A stretch of DNA of 64,000 bases from Spirochaetia bacterium (GCA_965140585.1 OZ223265.1:32001-96000), one strand, 5' to 3'. Shown: positions 18,159 through 28,826, counted from the first letter of the stretch. Translations and numbers: made by a program. The notes: generated by a model from the sequence alone, not told the origin.

Positions 18159-20114
18159 TCAATTCAGCATTTTGCCTGCTTTCTCGAAATTAACCGGTTT
18201 ACTGAAGAAATAACCCTGCACATAGTCACATTTCATTCTTTGGATAATTTCATATTGTTCCAGAGTTTCAATACCTTCGATTACTACCTCAAGATTTAAT
18301 GTGTGAGCTAAATTAATTATCGCATTAACAATATTTGAATCATCATTTTCTAATTGTTCTATAAATGATTTATCAATTTTTAATATATCAATAGGGAATA
18401 AATGCAAATAACTTAAAGAAGAATATCCTGTACCAAAATCATCTATCATCATTTCTATACCCAATTGCTTTATCTGATAGAGTTGTTCATTCACTTCTAG
18501 TGAATCATCTATAATCAAACTCTCGGTTAATTCAAATTTCAACATAGAAGTCATTACTTCAGTATCATCAATTATTGATTTAATTTTATGAATGAAACCG
18601 GAATCTTGAAATTGTCGACTAGAGATATTGACACTGACATAAAAGTCCTTTTCGATATTATCATTATATGCCCAATATTTAATTTGTTCACACACTTTTC
18701 GTAGTATCTTATAACCAATAGGAATGATCAGCCCAGAACTTTCAGCAATTGGGATAAAATCTATAGGGGGTATAAGCCCAACATCATGTTTGTTCCACCT
18801 GATTAAGGCCTCAAATCCAGCAACTTTCTGTGTCTCAGTGACTAAAATTGGTTGATAATAAACAATAAACTCATCGTTCTCTATAGCCTCCCGCAATTCA
18901 GATTCAATTCGTAATGAAGCCTTAACAGACTCTAGCATTCCTTCATCAAAGAATTCAAAACTAGATCCTGACTTTTTTTTCTTAGCCTTATACATTGCAA
19001 TATCAGCATTGCGTAAAATATCATCAGAACTAACATATTCTTCCTTACCAATAAGAATTCCAAAGCTTGCTGAAGAATTTAGATTATGACCCTCTATAGA
19101 GACACGCTCTTTAATCGATCCAGTTAACCTATTTATCACACGCATAACTTCTGCTACATCTTCAATTTCTTCTAGTAAAATAACAAATTCATCACCGCTA
19201 AATCTACAAACTAAATCCTGTTCTCTCACTGAAGATAATAACCTTTTACTCATTTCAACTAAAAAAAGGTCTCCATATTGATGTCCCAAAGTATCATTTA
19301 TATTTTTAAATCTATCAAAATCAATGAAAATTACAGCGTAATTGCGATCAGGATAACGTTTATAAGAATGGATCGCATGCTCGATCCTATCGTTTAAGAC
19401 TATTCGATTGGGCAAATCTGTAAGAAGATCGTGAGTGGCATTATACGTTAATCTGTCTTGAATCGTATCTTTATATATTAATTCTCCTTCCAATCTATTA
19501 TTAATTTCAAGAATCTCACCGATTCTATCTTTTTCTATACGAGATCTATGCATAGATGCAATTAGAATCCCTGCAGGTATTATTATATTATAGATAAGGG
19601 GAAGGGTTATTGTGTTAAAAGTTATATCTCTATCTATTATAGGTAAGAGAGTGATGCTAATTATGTTCAGGCAGACAAAAAGCAATATTAGATGAAGAGG
19701 CAATAATGCACAACTTACAATGACAGTAAGCGCATTCCATATTAAGATTAATAAAATGGCATTGGCTGAATGGTCATGACTAAATATAATGTTAAAAACC
19801 GGAATAAAACTTAGTATCGAAATGCCCAATATTGCTGCGTAATAAAAATACTCGGTCCTGGAGATAATATATGATATTAAGAATAGGATCTCTGAGAAAA
19901 ATAAAACTAATCCAACTTGAGGATTGGAGCTGAAATAAGTCATATAGATTACACCAGAATTGATACCGATGGTCAGAAAGAGCAATAATTGTGTAGTCAA
20001 GTATGCTTGTTTATATTCATATACATCTTTTATCTTTTTAGATGGTTTTAGAAAGATAGTTTCGATTTTCTTGAGAACTTCGAGCAAAAATGATTTGATA
20101 CTCATATCTATCAA
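18159..20114 (-). CDS. Membrane-bound GGDEF-EAL protein
   Basis: N-terminal TM region; HDLLTDLPNR, SGDEF, FEALIRW, DDFGTGYSS. Confidence 0.93.
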   Translation of the reverse strand: MIDMSIKSFLLEVLKKIETIFLKPSKKIKDVYEYKQAYLTTQLLLFLTIGINSGVIYMTYFSSNPQVGLVLFFSEILFLISYIISRTEYFYYAAILGISILSFIPVFNIIFSHDHSANAILLILIWNALTVIVSCALLPLHLILLFVCLNIISITLLPIIDRDITFNTITLPLIYNIIIPAGILIASMHRSRIEKDRIGEILEINNRLEGELIYKDTIQDRLTYNATHDLLTDLPNRIVLNDRIEHAIHSYKRYPDRNYAVIFIDFDRFKNINDTLGHQYGDLFLVEMSKRLLSSVREQDLVCRFSGDEFVILLEEIEDVAEVMRVINRLTGSIKERVSIEGHNLNSSASFGILIGKEEYVSSDDILRNADIAMYKAKKKKSGSSFEFFDEGMLESVKASLRIESELREAIENDEFIVYYQPILVTETQKVAGFEALIRWNKHDVGLIPPIDFIPIAESSGLIIPIGYKILRKVCEQIKYWAYNDNIEKDFYVSVNISSRQFQDSGFIHKIKSIIDDTEVMTSMLKFELTESLIIDDSLEVNEQLYQIKQLGIEMMIDDFGTGYSSLSYLHLFPIDILKIDKSFIEQLENDDSNIVNAIINLAHTLNLEVVIEGIETLEQYEIIQRMKCDYVQGYFFSKPVNFEKAGKMLN

Positions 20115-20268
20115 ATTTAGTTATTATTATTAGATAGATCAAGAACATTAATTTTCTTTTACTCTTCACACTATACTTTTGTACATTTCATATCTAAATC
20201 AACGAAAAAAAATTGATACAATCATCCTTAACGTCTTCTATTTGGATTCAGCTCAATTGTTCAATCTA

Positions 20269-20679
20269 TCAGTAACTATTTAAATAATTATCAACAATTT
20301 GATAAAATTTATCTTTGTCCAAAGGTTTAATAATAAAATCTGAAACCTCATTCATAGTCTTTGCTCTCTGAATATCACTTGGACTAATAGATGAAGATAT
20401 AATATAGATAGTAATTTCTTTTTTTATCATTTCTTTCATTTTAGTATATTCTTCTAGGAATCCCCAACCATCCATTATTGGCATAAACAGATCTAAAAAA
20501 ATTATATCAGGCAGCTCAGATGGTTGATCTTTTTTTGCTTTTAAGAATTCTATCGCTTCATATCCATTAAAAAAATATTCTACATTTTCTACTATATGTG
20601 TGTTTTTTATCATATGTGAGGTAATTAAATGATAAATGCTATCATCATCAACGACAAAAAGCTTATTTAAGCCTTTCAT
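20269..20679 (-). CDS. Single-domain response regulator
   Basis: VVDDD, PDIIFLDLFMPIMDGW, IIKPL. Confidence 0.9.
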   Translation of the reverse strand: MKGLNKLFVVDDDSIYHLITSHMIKNTHIVENVEYFFNGYEAIEFLKAKKDQPSELPDIIFLDLFMPIMDGWGFLEEYTKMKEMIKKEITIYIISSSISPSDIQRAKTMNEVSDFIIKPLDKDKFYQIVDNYLNSY

Positions 20680-20685
20680 AATATT

Positions 20686-21906
20686 TCAATTCTTATCCTT
20701 TATTAACTGTATTTGAAAAGTTGTTCCCTGTTCTGGAATACTCTCTAAACTAATATTACCTCCCATCGCTTCTATCTGTGTTTTAATTATATATAATCCA
20801 AATCCGTGTGCATCTGGATGATTATGAAAAACTTTGTGTAATTTAAACATATCATCTTTATGCTTAGTAAGGTCGATTCCAATCCCATTATCTTGAAAAA
20901 TCAGAGAGGACCACCCATCCTTCTTAAATGATTTTATATGCAATTTAGGTTTACGATTAGGACTCGAGTACTTTAAAGCATTCTCAATAAGATTTTGAAA
21001 AATACTGTTAAGGTATTCTTTTGGATAATTTATAGTCTTTAACTCAGAAATATCAAATGTTATATCTGCTTCCTTTTTTTGTATATCTCCAGACAATAGC
21101 TCTATACTACTTTCAATAAAATCCTGAAGTTCAATATAATCAGATTTGATTGAAAAATCCATTTTCACTCGTGATGCTTCTGTTAGCTCCTCGAAAGTAT
21201 TAGAAAAATGTTTTATCACCAATTTTAATTTATCAATATACAGAAGCTTTTCTTCAATTTCTTCACTTTCCTCTACCATATCATTCAGAATAAGCATATT
21301 TGAAAGCGGGGCTCTCAAATTATGAGAGATTATTTGGTTAAATTCCTCAAGCTTTTCATTCTGATTTTTAAGTTGTTCAAGCATAGTATTTCTTTCTGTG
21401 ATTTTCTCTTCCAATTCATTTCGAAAATAGATATTTTCAATGGAGACAGCAGTTATATCAGCAAGCGCTTGAAGAATTGAAACTTCTTCATGAGTTGGAT
21501 CATGAATATCAGCCCAGTAATTTCCTATAGCGCCCAATGGATCAATAACTCGAATAGGAACAGTAATTAAGCTTTTTACAAACGTTGGTTTATATGCATC
21601 AATAGGGATTCTGTCATCTTGATAAATATCTTTAATTACAGCAGGTTTTTTATTAATCATAGCCCAGCCGCTAATACATATTTTCATTGGAAATCGTGAA
21701 CCTTTCCATAACGGGCTTATTGCATCTTCTTCAGCATAATAGCACATATCATGATCTTTCAAGACGAAAGTAGCCCCATCAGCGCCTGTAACGTTTCTGG
21801 CTACGGTACGTACGATTTCCATAACTGATTGTATATCTTTAGCCAATGAAAGTTTTTGTACCGTCTCAACAAGCATTTCCATTCGCCAAATGTCTAAAGA
21901 TTCCAT
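20686..21906 (-). CDS. GAF-domain sensor histidine kinase
   Basis: GAF-like N-terminus; SHNLRAPL H-box, NLIENALKY, DNGIGI, GFGLYI. Confidence 0.9.
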   Translation of the reverse strand: MESLDIWRMEMLVETVQKLSLAKDIQSVMEIVRTVARNVTGADGATFVLKDHDMCYYAEEDAISPLWKGSRFPMKICISGWAMINKKPAVIKDIYQDDRIPIDAYKPTFVKSLITVPIRVIDPLGAIGNYWADIHDPTHEEVSILQALADITAVSIENIYFRNELEEKITERNTMLEQLKNQNEKLEEFNQIISHNLRAPLSNMLILNDMVEESEEIEEKLLYIDKLKLVIKHFSNTFEELTEASRVKMDFSIKSDYIELQDFIESSIELLSGDIQKKEADITFDISELKTINYPKEYLNSIFQNLIENALKYSSPNRKPKLHIKSFKKDGWSSLIFQDNGIGIDLTKHKDDMFKLHKVFHNHPDAHGFGLYIIKTQIEAMGGNISLESIPEQGTTFQIQLIKDKN

Positions 21907-22070
21907 ACTTCTAATACTATGAGATCTAAATTGAAAATCAAATTTATTGTGATAATTTTACAATTCTAAATAGAGGTCTATTATGTACGATAGATTTTTG
22001 TCATTCTCTATAGTGAAATGTCACATCAATAAGTTTTATTATTTGTTCAGAACGATTGATAAGGCTTTAA

Positions 22071-22685
22071 GTGACTACAAGAGAGATTTTACAGCATCAA
22101 AACAATTACATTTCCAACCCTTCCGATTCCAACCTCATAATCCTTATTAGCTGCTTTAAACCCCTTTATGCTAAAATAATCTCTATCATCACAAATAAAA
22201 CCAACTTTTCATTGAGTTATGCCAGATATGGTGAAATATGGGATGAAGTGGAGTTCCTACTCTATGAATACTACCTCGGTCGACCGGACTTCTATATCGA
22301 GAATCCATATACCTACACTTACAAAATGACCTGGAATTTTTTATTCAACAGGAAAGCCCAGAAGAAAGATAAGATGGTGTATAACAGTGAAATACTTGAT
22401 TTCTTCGCCTATGATGATGAACAATTCGATATAATCAACAATTCCTTTCTATGTCAGAGTGTGATTACAGAACTTGAGCACCAAATCCAAACCAATCTTG
22501 AATTATCCTCAATCAATGATAAAACAGCTGCAGAAACGAACATAAGAGCTTTTATCCGCAAACTGCAGGCAGATGGTAAGGATTACCACAAAAGATTGTA
22601 CAAATTGAAGGTAAAAGAACGAACTATCCTCAATGAAGCGGTGAAAGCCACCAGTGAGAAGATGTATGAAAAAGCTGTGTCTTAG
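22071..22685 (+). CDS. Phage hypothetical protein
   Basis: 204-aa ORF overlapping the HNH gene start. Confidence 0.55.
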   Translation: MTTREILQHQNNYISNPSDSNLIILISCFKPLYAKIISIITNKTNFSLSYARYGEIWDEVEFLLYEYYLGRPDFYIENPYTYTYKMTWNFLFNRKAQKKDKMVYNSEILDFFAYDDEQFDIINNSFLCQSVITELEHQIQTNLELSSINDKTAAETNIRAFIRKLQADGKDYHKRLYKLKVKERTILNEAVKATSEKMYEKAVS

Positions 22686-23061
22686 ACCAGGCTGTGGCAG
22701 AATCGCTGATAAAGATACCGGATATTGTTCTCTTCACTACAATATGTATCTTGATAAGCTTGAGAAGCAGAAAGAATACCAGAAAGGTCCAGAAGCCTAC
22801 CAGAGAAAGCTTGAGAACCGGCCTTATATCAAGCTTTACAACTCTGTTCAATGGAAACGAATGAGCAAGCAGAAGCTTAATGATAATCCAATCAGCCAAG
22901 ATTGTGAGAAGAGATTATCAACTGAAGTAGATCACATTACTCCCCATCATGGAGATCTTAAGCTGTTCTTTGATTACCTCAACCTTCAGTCATTATGTAA
23001 GAGCTGTCACAGCAAGAAGACAGTTAAAGAACAGTTTCAGAAGTCCATGAAAATGGATTGA
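22666..23061 (+). CDS. Phage HNH endonuclease (terminase-associated type)
   Basis: CLRPGC...YCSLH, Y.S.QW, VDHITPHHGD...NLQSLCKSCHSKKT. Confidence 0.88.
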   Translation: MKKLCLRPGCGRIADKDTGYCSLHYNMYLDKLEKQKEYQKGPEAYQRKLENRPYIKLYNSVQWKRMSKQKLNDNPISQDCEKRLSTEVDHITPHHGDLKLFFDYLNLQSLCKSCHSKKTVKEQFQKSMKMD

Positions 23062-23149
23062 TTCACATATTTAAAGTTCATTTAAAAAAGTATCCTTCTT
23101 TATTAACTTGCCATTGGGACTGGTTGACCGCCAGTCCCATCCTCTTCTT

Positions 23150-23255
23150 CCCCCCGGGGGGATAGGCTTAAAAATCACGAAGATCTAAATCTACATAGTA
23201 CATATACCCGCTCTTTTAGTTTTATGCAATGTCATTTGAACATATAAGGGGTCCA
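23150..23255 (+). other. cos-like region downstream of HNH
   Basis: CCCCCCGGGGGG palindrome at 23150-23161 followed by ATAGGCTTAAAAATC, in the position where cos lies in HNH-terminase phages. Confidence 0.45.
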
Positions 23256-23351
23256 CCCAATTATCTCTATTAATTTTATACATTTTTTACATAAATTACG
23301 TTAATTAATACCCAATAAACCACGATAGATTTAGCAGAGGAGTACAAACCC

Positions 23352-23699
23352 ATGAATAACTCACGCTATTCCATCAGAATTGATTTTGAAACAATAAAAA
23401 TTCCACCAGTTACTGATATCCTTGTTCTAGGAAGTGCATACAGACATGGGAGATTAGGCATTTTGGAGTCATTCAAGTTTTTAGTACCAGACGAATTTGA
23501 ATACTTTGATTATACTAAAAAAATATACCCTAACATTGGAACACTCGTGATAAGCAAAAAATTGCTCAAAAAGATTCCATATGATAGAATCCTAAAAGTG
23601 TTGGAAACAAATGTATTCAAAAACGTTGAGGAATCAGAAGCGATCAATATAAATTTCAATGTCCGATATTATGTAGATAATATTGAAATTGAAGATTAA
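23352..23699 (+). CDS. Hypothetical protein
   Basis: GAGGAG RBS, 115-aa ORF. Confidence 0.65.
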   Translation: MNNSRYSIRIDFETIKIPPVTDILVLGSAYRHGRLGILESFKFLVPDEFEYFDYTKKIYPNIGTLVISKKLLKKIPYDRILKVLETNVFKNVEESEAININFNVRYYVDNIEIED

Positions 23700-24318
23700 T
23701 AATTGCATGATTGAAGATCTATTAGAGAAAAATTTTCCGAGACTATCCCCTCTCGATCCAACGCTGACAGCAGTTAGAACATTGAAAACTTATCCATTTG
23801 TGGTTATTCAGGAGGATGAATGCTTTATCGGTGTCTTTACAAAAGAAGATTTAGTTGAGAAACAAAAAGTATTGATAGGCGACACATTGAAAAGAAAGCC
23901 TGTCATTGATATTGATCTCACAATAAATCAAGCTATCAAATCAATACTAAATTCTGGATTCACAGCCTTGCCTTGTATTAAAGATGAAATATTTATTGGA
24001 GTCCTTACGTTAAAGAATATTTACGATTACATAGAGAGAATGAATGGGCTAAAAAGTCTGGATATGGGGATTTTGGGGCAGTTTGACAATAAAGATGATA
24101 AGCTTCATGTTTTACAAAAAATGACACATTTCACAGGGAATAATATTCAGGTTTTGTTGAGTGGATTAGAAATTCTTCGCGAGACGAAGCTAACCGAAGA
24201 ACAGTCTGAGATATTGGATTCAATGTATAACATCACCTCACAATTTGAAAATACAATGATGGAATTTTTTCGAACATATTTTCCAAATGAGATAATGATT
24301 GAATCACAAAGTTTTTAG
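23683..24318 (+). CDS. CBS-pair protein with HisKA-like C-terminal helix pair
   Basis: FIGVFTKEDL and LPCIKDEIFIGVLTLKNI; MTHFTGNNIQVLLSGLEIL. Confidence 0.65.
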   Translation: MKLKINNCMIEDLLEKNFPRLSPLDPTLTAVRTLKTYPFVVIQEDECFIGVFTKEDLVEKQKVLIGDTLKRKPVIDIDLTINQAIKSILNSGFTALPCIKDEIFIGVLTLKNIYDYIERMNGLKSLDMGILGQFDNKDDKLHVLQKMTHFTGNNIQVLLSGLEILRETKLTEEQSEILDSMYNITSQFENTMMEFFRTYFPNEIMIESQSF

Positions 24319-24490
24319 AAAATTATTATTGAGCATGCTCCCTTTTTAAACTCGATATCAGACTTATAATATAGATTATCTTAATAATTTATATTATTAA
24401 GTTGATTTAATAACACTAATTAACCATTTCTCACATATAGTCGATTAATTTAATTTTATACGATGTAGTTTGCATATAGAGATTTTGATG

Positions 24491-24889
24491 CTATTGATTT
24501 AAAAAAAATTGTGAATATTTCATATCTTCAATGAGAATATGCTCCTTAAACCATCTCTTAAGTTCCGTTGTTAGCGTCATAGAAATAATCAACTTTCCCT
24601 GCTCTGCTTTATCTCTATATCCTTTTATCATATCTATGATATCTGAATGCATCTGTTTCTGATCCTCAATATTTGGGTAATGAATAGATGTTAAGAATCT
24701 TTCTTCCTCCTTGAAATGGTAATTAGTATAATCTAACACCTCATCAATTAATATTTTAACATTTTCTGATATTTGATCATTATCCATTTTTTCGTAGAAA
24801 TTATTGAGAATTTCTAACCAACGTTGATGTTGTTTATCCATATCAGGTATACCAAGCTCGAATTTTGAACTCCATTCCATAAATTTCAT
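24491..24889 (-). CDS. Bacteriohemerythrin
   Basis: W...FELGIPDMDKQH, HFKEEE, H, WFKEHILIEDMKY; start at ATG 24889 after GGAGG. Confidence 0.88.
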   Translation of the reverse strand: MKFMEWSSKFELGIPDMDKQHQRWLEILNNFYEKMDNDQISENVKILIDEVLDYTNYHFKEEERFLTSIHYPNIEDQKQMHSDIIDMIKGYRDKAEQGKLIISMTLTTELKRWFKEHILIEDMKYSQFFLNQ

Positions 24890-25187
24890 TTTTGCCTCCA
24901 AACAATAGTTTTTATATATTGTGATAATCCTATTGTAATAAGCAAAGCTCACCACATGCAAATGATAATATGGAAATACATGCAAAAAAATGACAATTAA
25001 AAATTGTTAGTATTCTATTCAATTTAATTATTAAATCATTGTTGACATTAGAAACTTGATACATAGACTTTAATATATAGAAATTCTTTTAAATCTTAGT
25101 AATAATTTGTATATGCTTTCCCATATGTGTTATGAAAGAACTTCTTATTCTTAAGACAGTATCAGCGTTAAGTCAAAATTTATAATT

Positions 25188-26867
25188 ATGAAAAAGAAAA
25201 AGAATATACATATAAAATGGTTAATTTTCTGTCTATCCTTTATAGTCATGGGTATTTTCCCAATAAGCCTATTGATATATTCAAAATACAGAGACCAAAA
25301 ACAAATTATTGCAGTTTATAAGTCTAATCAGAATAAACTATTTGAAAAAATTCAGAAAACTATTGATTTAAACTATAATCGAATCTTTTCTGATTTAGAG
25401 TTTCTCGCACAATCTTGCTTTCTTAACAAATTCCTTTCGACCAATTCAGATTTAGAAACACTTAAAAGTAATTGGCAATTATTTTCTAAAACAAGCGGGT
25501 TATATGATCAAATCCGTTACATTGACAAGACAGGTCAGGAAGTGATTAGAGTAAACTATAATAAAGGTACCCCGGTTAGTGTACAGAATGAGTTTTTACA
25601 AAATAAAAGTGATCGGTACTACTTTTCTATGTTAAAAGATTTACCTGCTTATACAATTGTTATCTCTCCATGTGACTTAAATATTGAGAATAAAGAAATT
25701 GAAACCCCAATAAAACCAATGATAAGATTTTCGCTACCTCTTTATGATGATTCTAATAATTTTATTGGTGCAATAATCCTTAATTATTTTGGTCAAATAT
25801 TGATAAATGACATTAATTCTGAAATTTTAATTGATACAGAACTATACATTTTAAATCAAAATAAATATATTCTATCAGGTCCCAAAGAAAACCAACTTTG
25901 GGGTTTTATGTATACAGATAAAAAAGATTATACATTTGATAAGCTATTTGATGTTAATTCACAATTATTTTTAAATTCTAAAGGTGAGCTATTTAATTTC
26001 AGGAATAAACTTCTTAGAAGTGAAAAAATTGATTTTAAATCAAGTTACCCCAAATTACACATCATCGAAAATTCATATAGTTTACATTTCATGGAGCCTT
26101 GGTGGCAAATAATCACAATCGGATTTGAAAATACCAAAGAAAATGTTTATCTGTCAATAATTGGACAATTTTGGATTATTCTAATATTATATCTCTTAAT
26201 TTCATTATTCCTTTCGATTTTAGTTGCATGGCAATATTCGAGGCGTATTGAAGCTGAAAAAAAAACTACTGCTTATCAAAACACAATGTATAAAATTATT
26301 AATACACTTGAGATTACCTCTTCTTATAAAGATGATGATACTGGTAATCATATAAAAAGAGTATGTGAATATTCAAATATATTATCGAACAACCTAGGCT
26401 TATCATTCGATCAAGTTGATTTGATTACTGAATTCGCCTCATTACATGATATTGGTAAGATTGGTATACCGGATAATATTTTAAAAAAACCTGCAAAATT
26501 AACAGAACCCGAATGGGAAATAATGAAAAAGCATGTTTTAATCGGATATAATATGATAAAAAAAATGGATTTTCATAAAACTGCTGAGCATATCATTTTA
26601 TATCATCATGAAAATTGGGATGGGTCAGGTTATATAAATGGTTTAAAAGAGTTTCAAATTCCAATTGAAGCACGGATAGTTAGTTTAGCAGATGTCTATG
26701 ATGCACTTCGATCTCGACGAGTTTATAAAGAACCTTTCTCACATGAATCAGCAACTAAGATTATTAAATCAGAATCTGGAAAAAAATTTGATCCTCAAAT
26801 AGTTGCAATCTTCTTAGAAAAGAATATAGATTTTCTTAATATCTCAATTAAATATTCGGATCAATAA
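25188..26867 (+). CDS. Cache-domain HD-GYP phosphodiesterase
   Basis: TM-Cache (YDQIRYID, LQNKSDRYYF)-TM; LHDIGK, HHENWDGSGYI, ADVYDAL. Confidence 0.9.
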   Translation: MKKKKNIHIKWLIFCLSFIVMGIFPISLLIYSKYRDQKQIIAVYKSNQNKLFEKIQKTIDLNYNRIFSDLEFLAQSCFLNKFLSTNSDLETLKSNWQLFSKTSGLYDQIRYIDKTGQEVIRVNYNKGTPVSVQNEFLQNKSDRYYFSMLKDLPAYTIVISPCDLNIENKEIETPIKPMIRFSLPLYDDSNNFIGAIILNYFGQILINDINSEILIDTELYILNQNKYILSGPKENQLWGFMYTDKKDYTFDKLFDVNSQLFLNSKGELFNFRNKLLRSEKIDFKSSYPKLHIIENSYSLHFMEPWWQIITIGFENTKENVYLSIIGQFWIILILYLLISLFLSILVAWQYSRRIEAEKKTTAYQNTMYKIINTLEITSSYKDDDTGNHIKRVCEYSNILSNNLGLSFDQVDLITEFASLHDIGKIGIPDNILKKPAKLTEPEWEIMKKHVLIGYNMIKKMDFHKTAEHIILYHHENWDGSGYINGLKEFQIPIEARIVSLADVYDALRSRRVYKEPFSHESATKIIKSESGKKFDPQIVAIFLEKNIDFLNISIKYSDQ

Positions 26868-27351
26868 CAGTTTGTATTGGAGGCAAACGGAAGTCGTCTT
26901 TTCCCTACTCCAAAAGTCTCCTCTATGATAAAATCAGAGAAAATATTATACCACTCCAAGCTTTTCAACTCACGAGAGACGGGAGTGGTTTTACAAAGAC
27001 ATAAATGTTTGACCATATTACAACTGGGGAAAATAATACAGCCTAACATCCAGTAAAAGTAATGTACTTTTTATATCAAAAAAAAGTGTAAGAAAGAAAA
27101 TGACCGTCATATCGATAAATTTCAAGATAATTTTGATATAGCGTCTCGCCTTCCTTATAACATGGTGCTGGATAGTTATTTAAATTCAAAATTATGTCTA
27201 ATAGATAGATATCTCTGACACAATATTGTCACCAAAATGGGGATTAATCCTGATAAACAGAGAAACAAAAATACTTGATAATTCTTTATAATATGATAAG
27301 ATAGATAAAAATTGATTACGGCGCTTAAAGAGCGATAAATCGTAGGGGGCT

Positions 27352-27395
27352 GACTGAAAATCCTCGTGTCAAGGGTTCGATTCCCCTCGGCGGCA
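27352..27395 (+). other. 3' fragment of tRNA-Phe(GAA): att-site duplication
   Basis: GA-CTGAAAA-TCCTCGTGTC-AAGGG-TTCGATT-CCCCT-CGGCGGC-A. The 5' acceptor strand and D-arm are absent upstream. Confidence 0.85.
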
Positions 27396-27403
27396 TGTGA
27401 ATG

Positions 27404-27439
27404 GACTAACTAAGATAAATCTTAGTTAGTCTTTTTTTT
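27404..27439 (+). terminator. Rho-independent terminator of the original tRNA locus
   Basis: GACTAACTAAGAT-AA-ATCTTAGTTAGTC followed by a T run. Confidence 0.85.
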
Positions 27440-27995
27440 ATATTTTCCTGAAAGCTTCATCAATTCCAAGATATTTCAGGTTGCCTTTAAAATATTCGTT
27501 TATGATATATTTATCTGATTGAAAAGCCAGCCGGGGAATATTATTTGAATTCACCCGGCACAATTCAACGATATCATCACCCGGAACCATATCCCCTGAA
27601 AAAACTTCAGCCTTAAGTACGATCACTAATGTTTCCAGATCGGTTTTAATGATATTATTACAGACATTGATGATAGACTTTATTTCAATCTTCAATCCGG
27701 TTTCTTCAAATACTTCCCGATGTCCGACCTGAAGGAAATTCTCATTTGTTTCGATATACCCGCATGGCAGACACCATAACCCGGCTTCTCCTTTTCGTTT
27801 TCCAAGCAGAACTTCATCATCAGAATTTGCAATTAAAACAGAATCCCCGGGAAACGGATTCTTATTCTGGATATACCCGCATGACGGGCATCTATTGTTC
27901 CCGTCAAATATGAGTCTATTTCCGAAGTACGGAAAAAAGCAGTAATCCGACATACTGGATAGAAATGACTCAGTTTTGGTGAACGCTTGTTTCAT
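27438..27995 (-). CDS. NUDIX hydrolase (paralogue of 17022..17585)
   Basis: C-terminal part of ORF 27438..28520 from MKQAFTK; contains GYIETNENFLQVGHREVFEETGL. Confidence 0.85.
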   Translation of the reverse strand: MKQAFTKTESFLSSMSDYCFFPYFGNRLIFDGNNRCPSCGYIQNKNPFPGDSVLIANSDDEVLLGKRKGEAGLWCLPCGYIETNENFLQVGHREVFEETGLKIEIKSIINVCNNIIKTDLETLVIVLKAEVFSGDMVPGDDIVELCRVNSNNIPRLAFQSDKYIINEYFKGNLKYLGIDEAFRKI

Positions 27996-28047
27996 AATAT
28001 TCCATTTTATGTAGAAATAGTTTAAATTAAACAATATGGAGTAGAAA

Positions 28048-28656
28048 ATGGTTAGTTTAGGATTTCTGGCGACATCACTGATTGTTATCATCATACCAGG
28101 AACAGGAGTTATATATACAGTTACAACCAGTCTGTCCGGAAATAAACGCAGTGCTTTTCTGGCAGCCTTCGGATGTACTCTGGGGATCCTGCCCCACATA
28201 CTGGCTGCTATTCTCGGCATTTCTGTCATATTAAATACAGGAGCCCAAATATTTAAAATAATCAGAATTATCGGAGTCTTATACCTGATATACCTTGGAA
28301 TTGGTCTCCTGAAAGCTGAGAACGGTATTAAAATTGGTGAGAAGAAGAAGGAAAGGCCATTTCTTATAATAACCAAGGCTATCCTCATAAACCTGCTGAA
28401 TCCTAAATTAACATTATTCTTCCTTTCTTTCCTGCCGCAGTTCATTGAACCGGACAGCCTGAATACCAGAATAGAGATGATATCCCTGAGTCTGGTCTTC
28501 ATGGGATTAACCTTTATCATTTTCTGCTCTTATGGTTTACTGGCAAATTCATTCCGTTCTGTCTTAATAAAATCACCGAAGCTTTTTAATAGAATACAGC
28601 AGGGATTTGGGATCATACTTATAGGATTTGCTGGTAAAATCGCACTGGATAGATAG
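28048..28656 (+). CDS. LysE/RhtB family translocator (paralogue of 2300..2920)
   Basis: IIPGTGVIY, NLLNPK. Confidence 0.9.
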   Translation: MVSLGFLATSLIVIIIPGTGVIYTVTTSLSGNKRSAFLAAFGCTLGILPHILAAILGISVILNTGAQIFKIIRIIGVLYLIYLGIGLLKAENGIKIGEKKKERPFLIITKAILINLLNPKLTLFFLSFLPQFIEPDSLNTRIEMISLSLVFMGLTFIIFCSYGLLANSFRSVLIKSPKLFNRIQQGFGIILIGFAGKIALDR

Positions 28657-28826
28657 TAAACATGCTATATTTTTCAATATAAAATGAGAGCTGCTGCTTC
28701 GGCATCTATATACCTGAGGTAGTTTTAATCGATAAAGAACACACTGATATTTGACTTCCGCATCACCATCTCCTAACATTAATACTACAGATTATTATTC
28801 GGCATTCGTATAAAGGAGATCCGGAC

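Larger units (their letters stand above)
5723..27395. mobile_element. Defective prophage or phage-satellite-like element integrated at tRNA-Phe. The true left boundary is probably outside the window and may include the cassette array.
   Basis: Repressor/Cro switch, Bet, MTases, ParB, replisome organizer, Mor, HNH and cos-like site, ending in a tRNA-Phe 3' fragment. No integrase, terminase or structural genes in the window. Confidence 0.8.

Noticed and set aside
27320-27395. Complete tRNA-Phe gene
   Set aside because: The 5' acceptor strand, D-arm and most of the 5' anticodon stem are missing.
27996-28520. N-terminal 175 aa of the 360-aa ORF as a NUDIX fusion
   Set aside because: It is the antisense shadow of the LysE gene, and the paralogue starts at the KQAF position.
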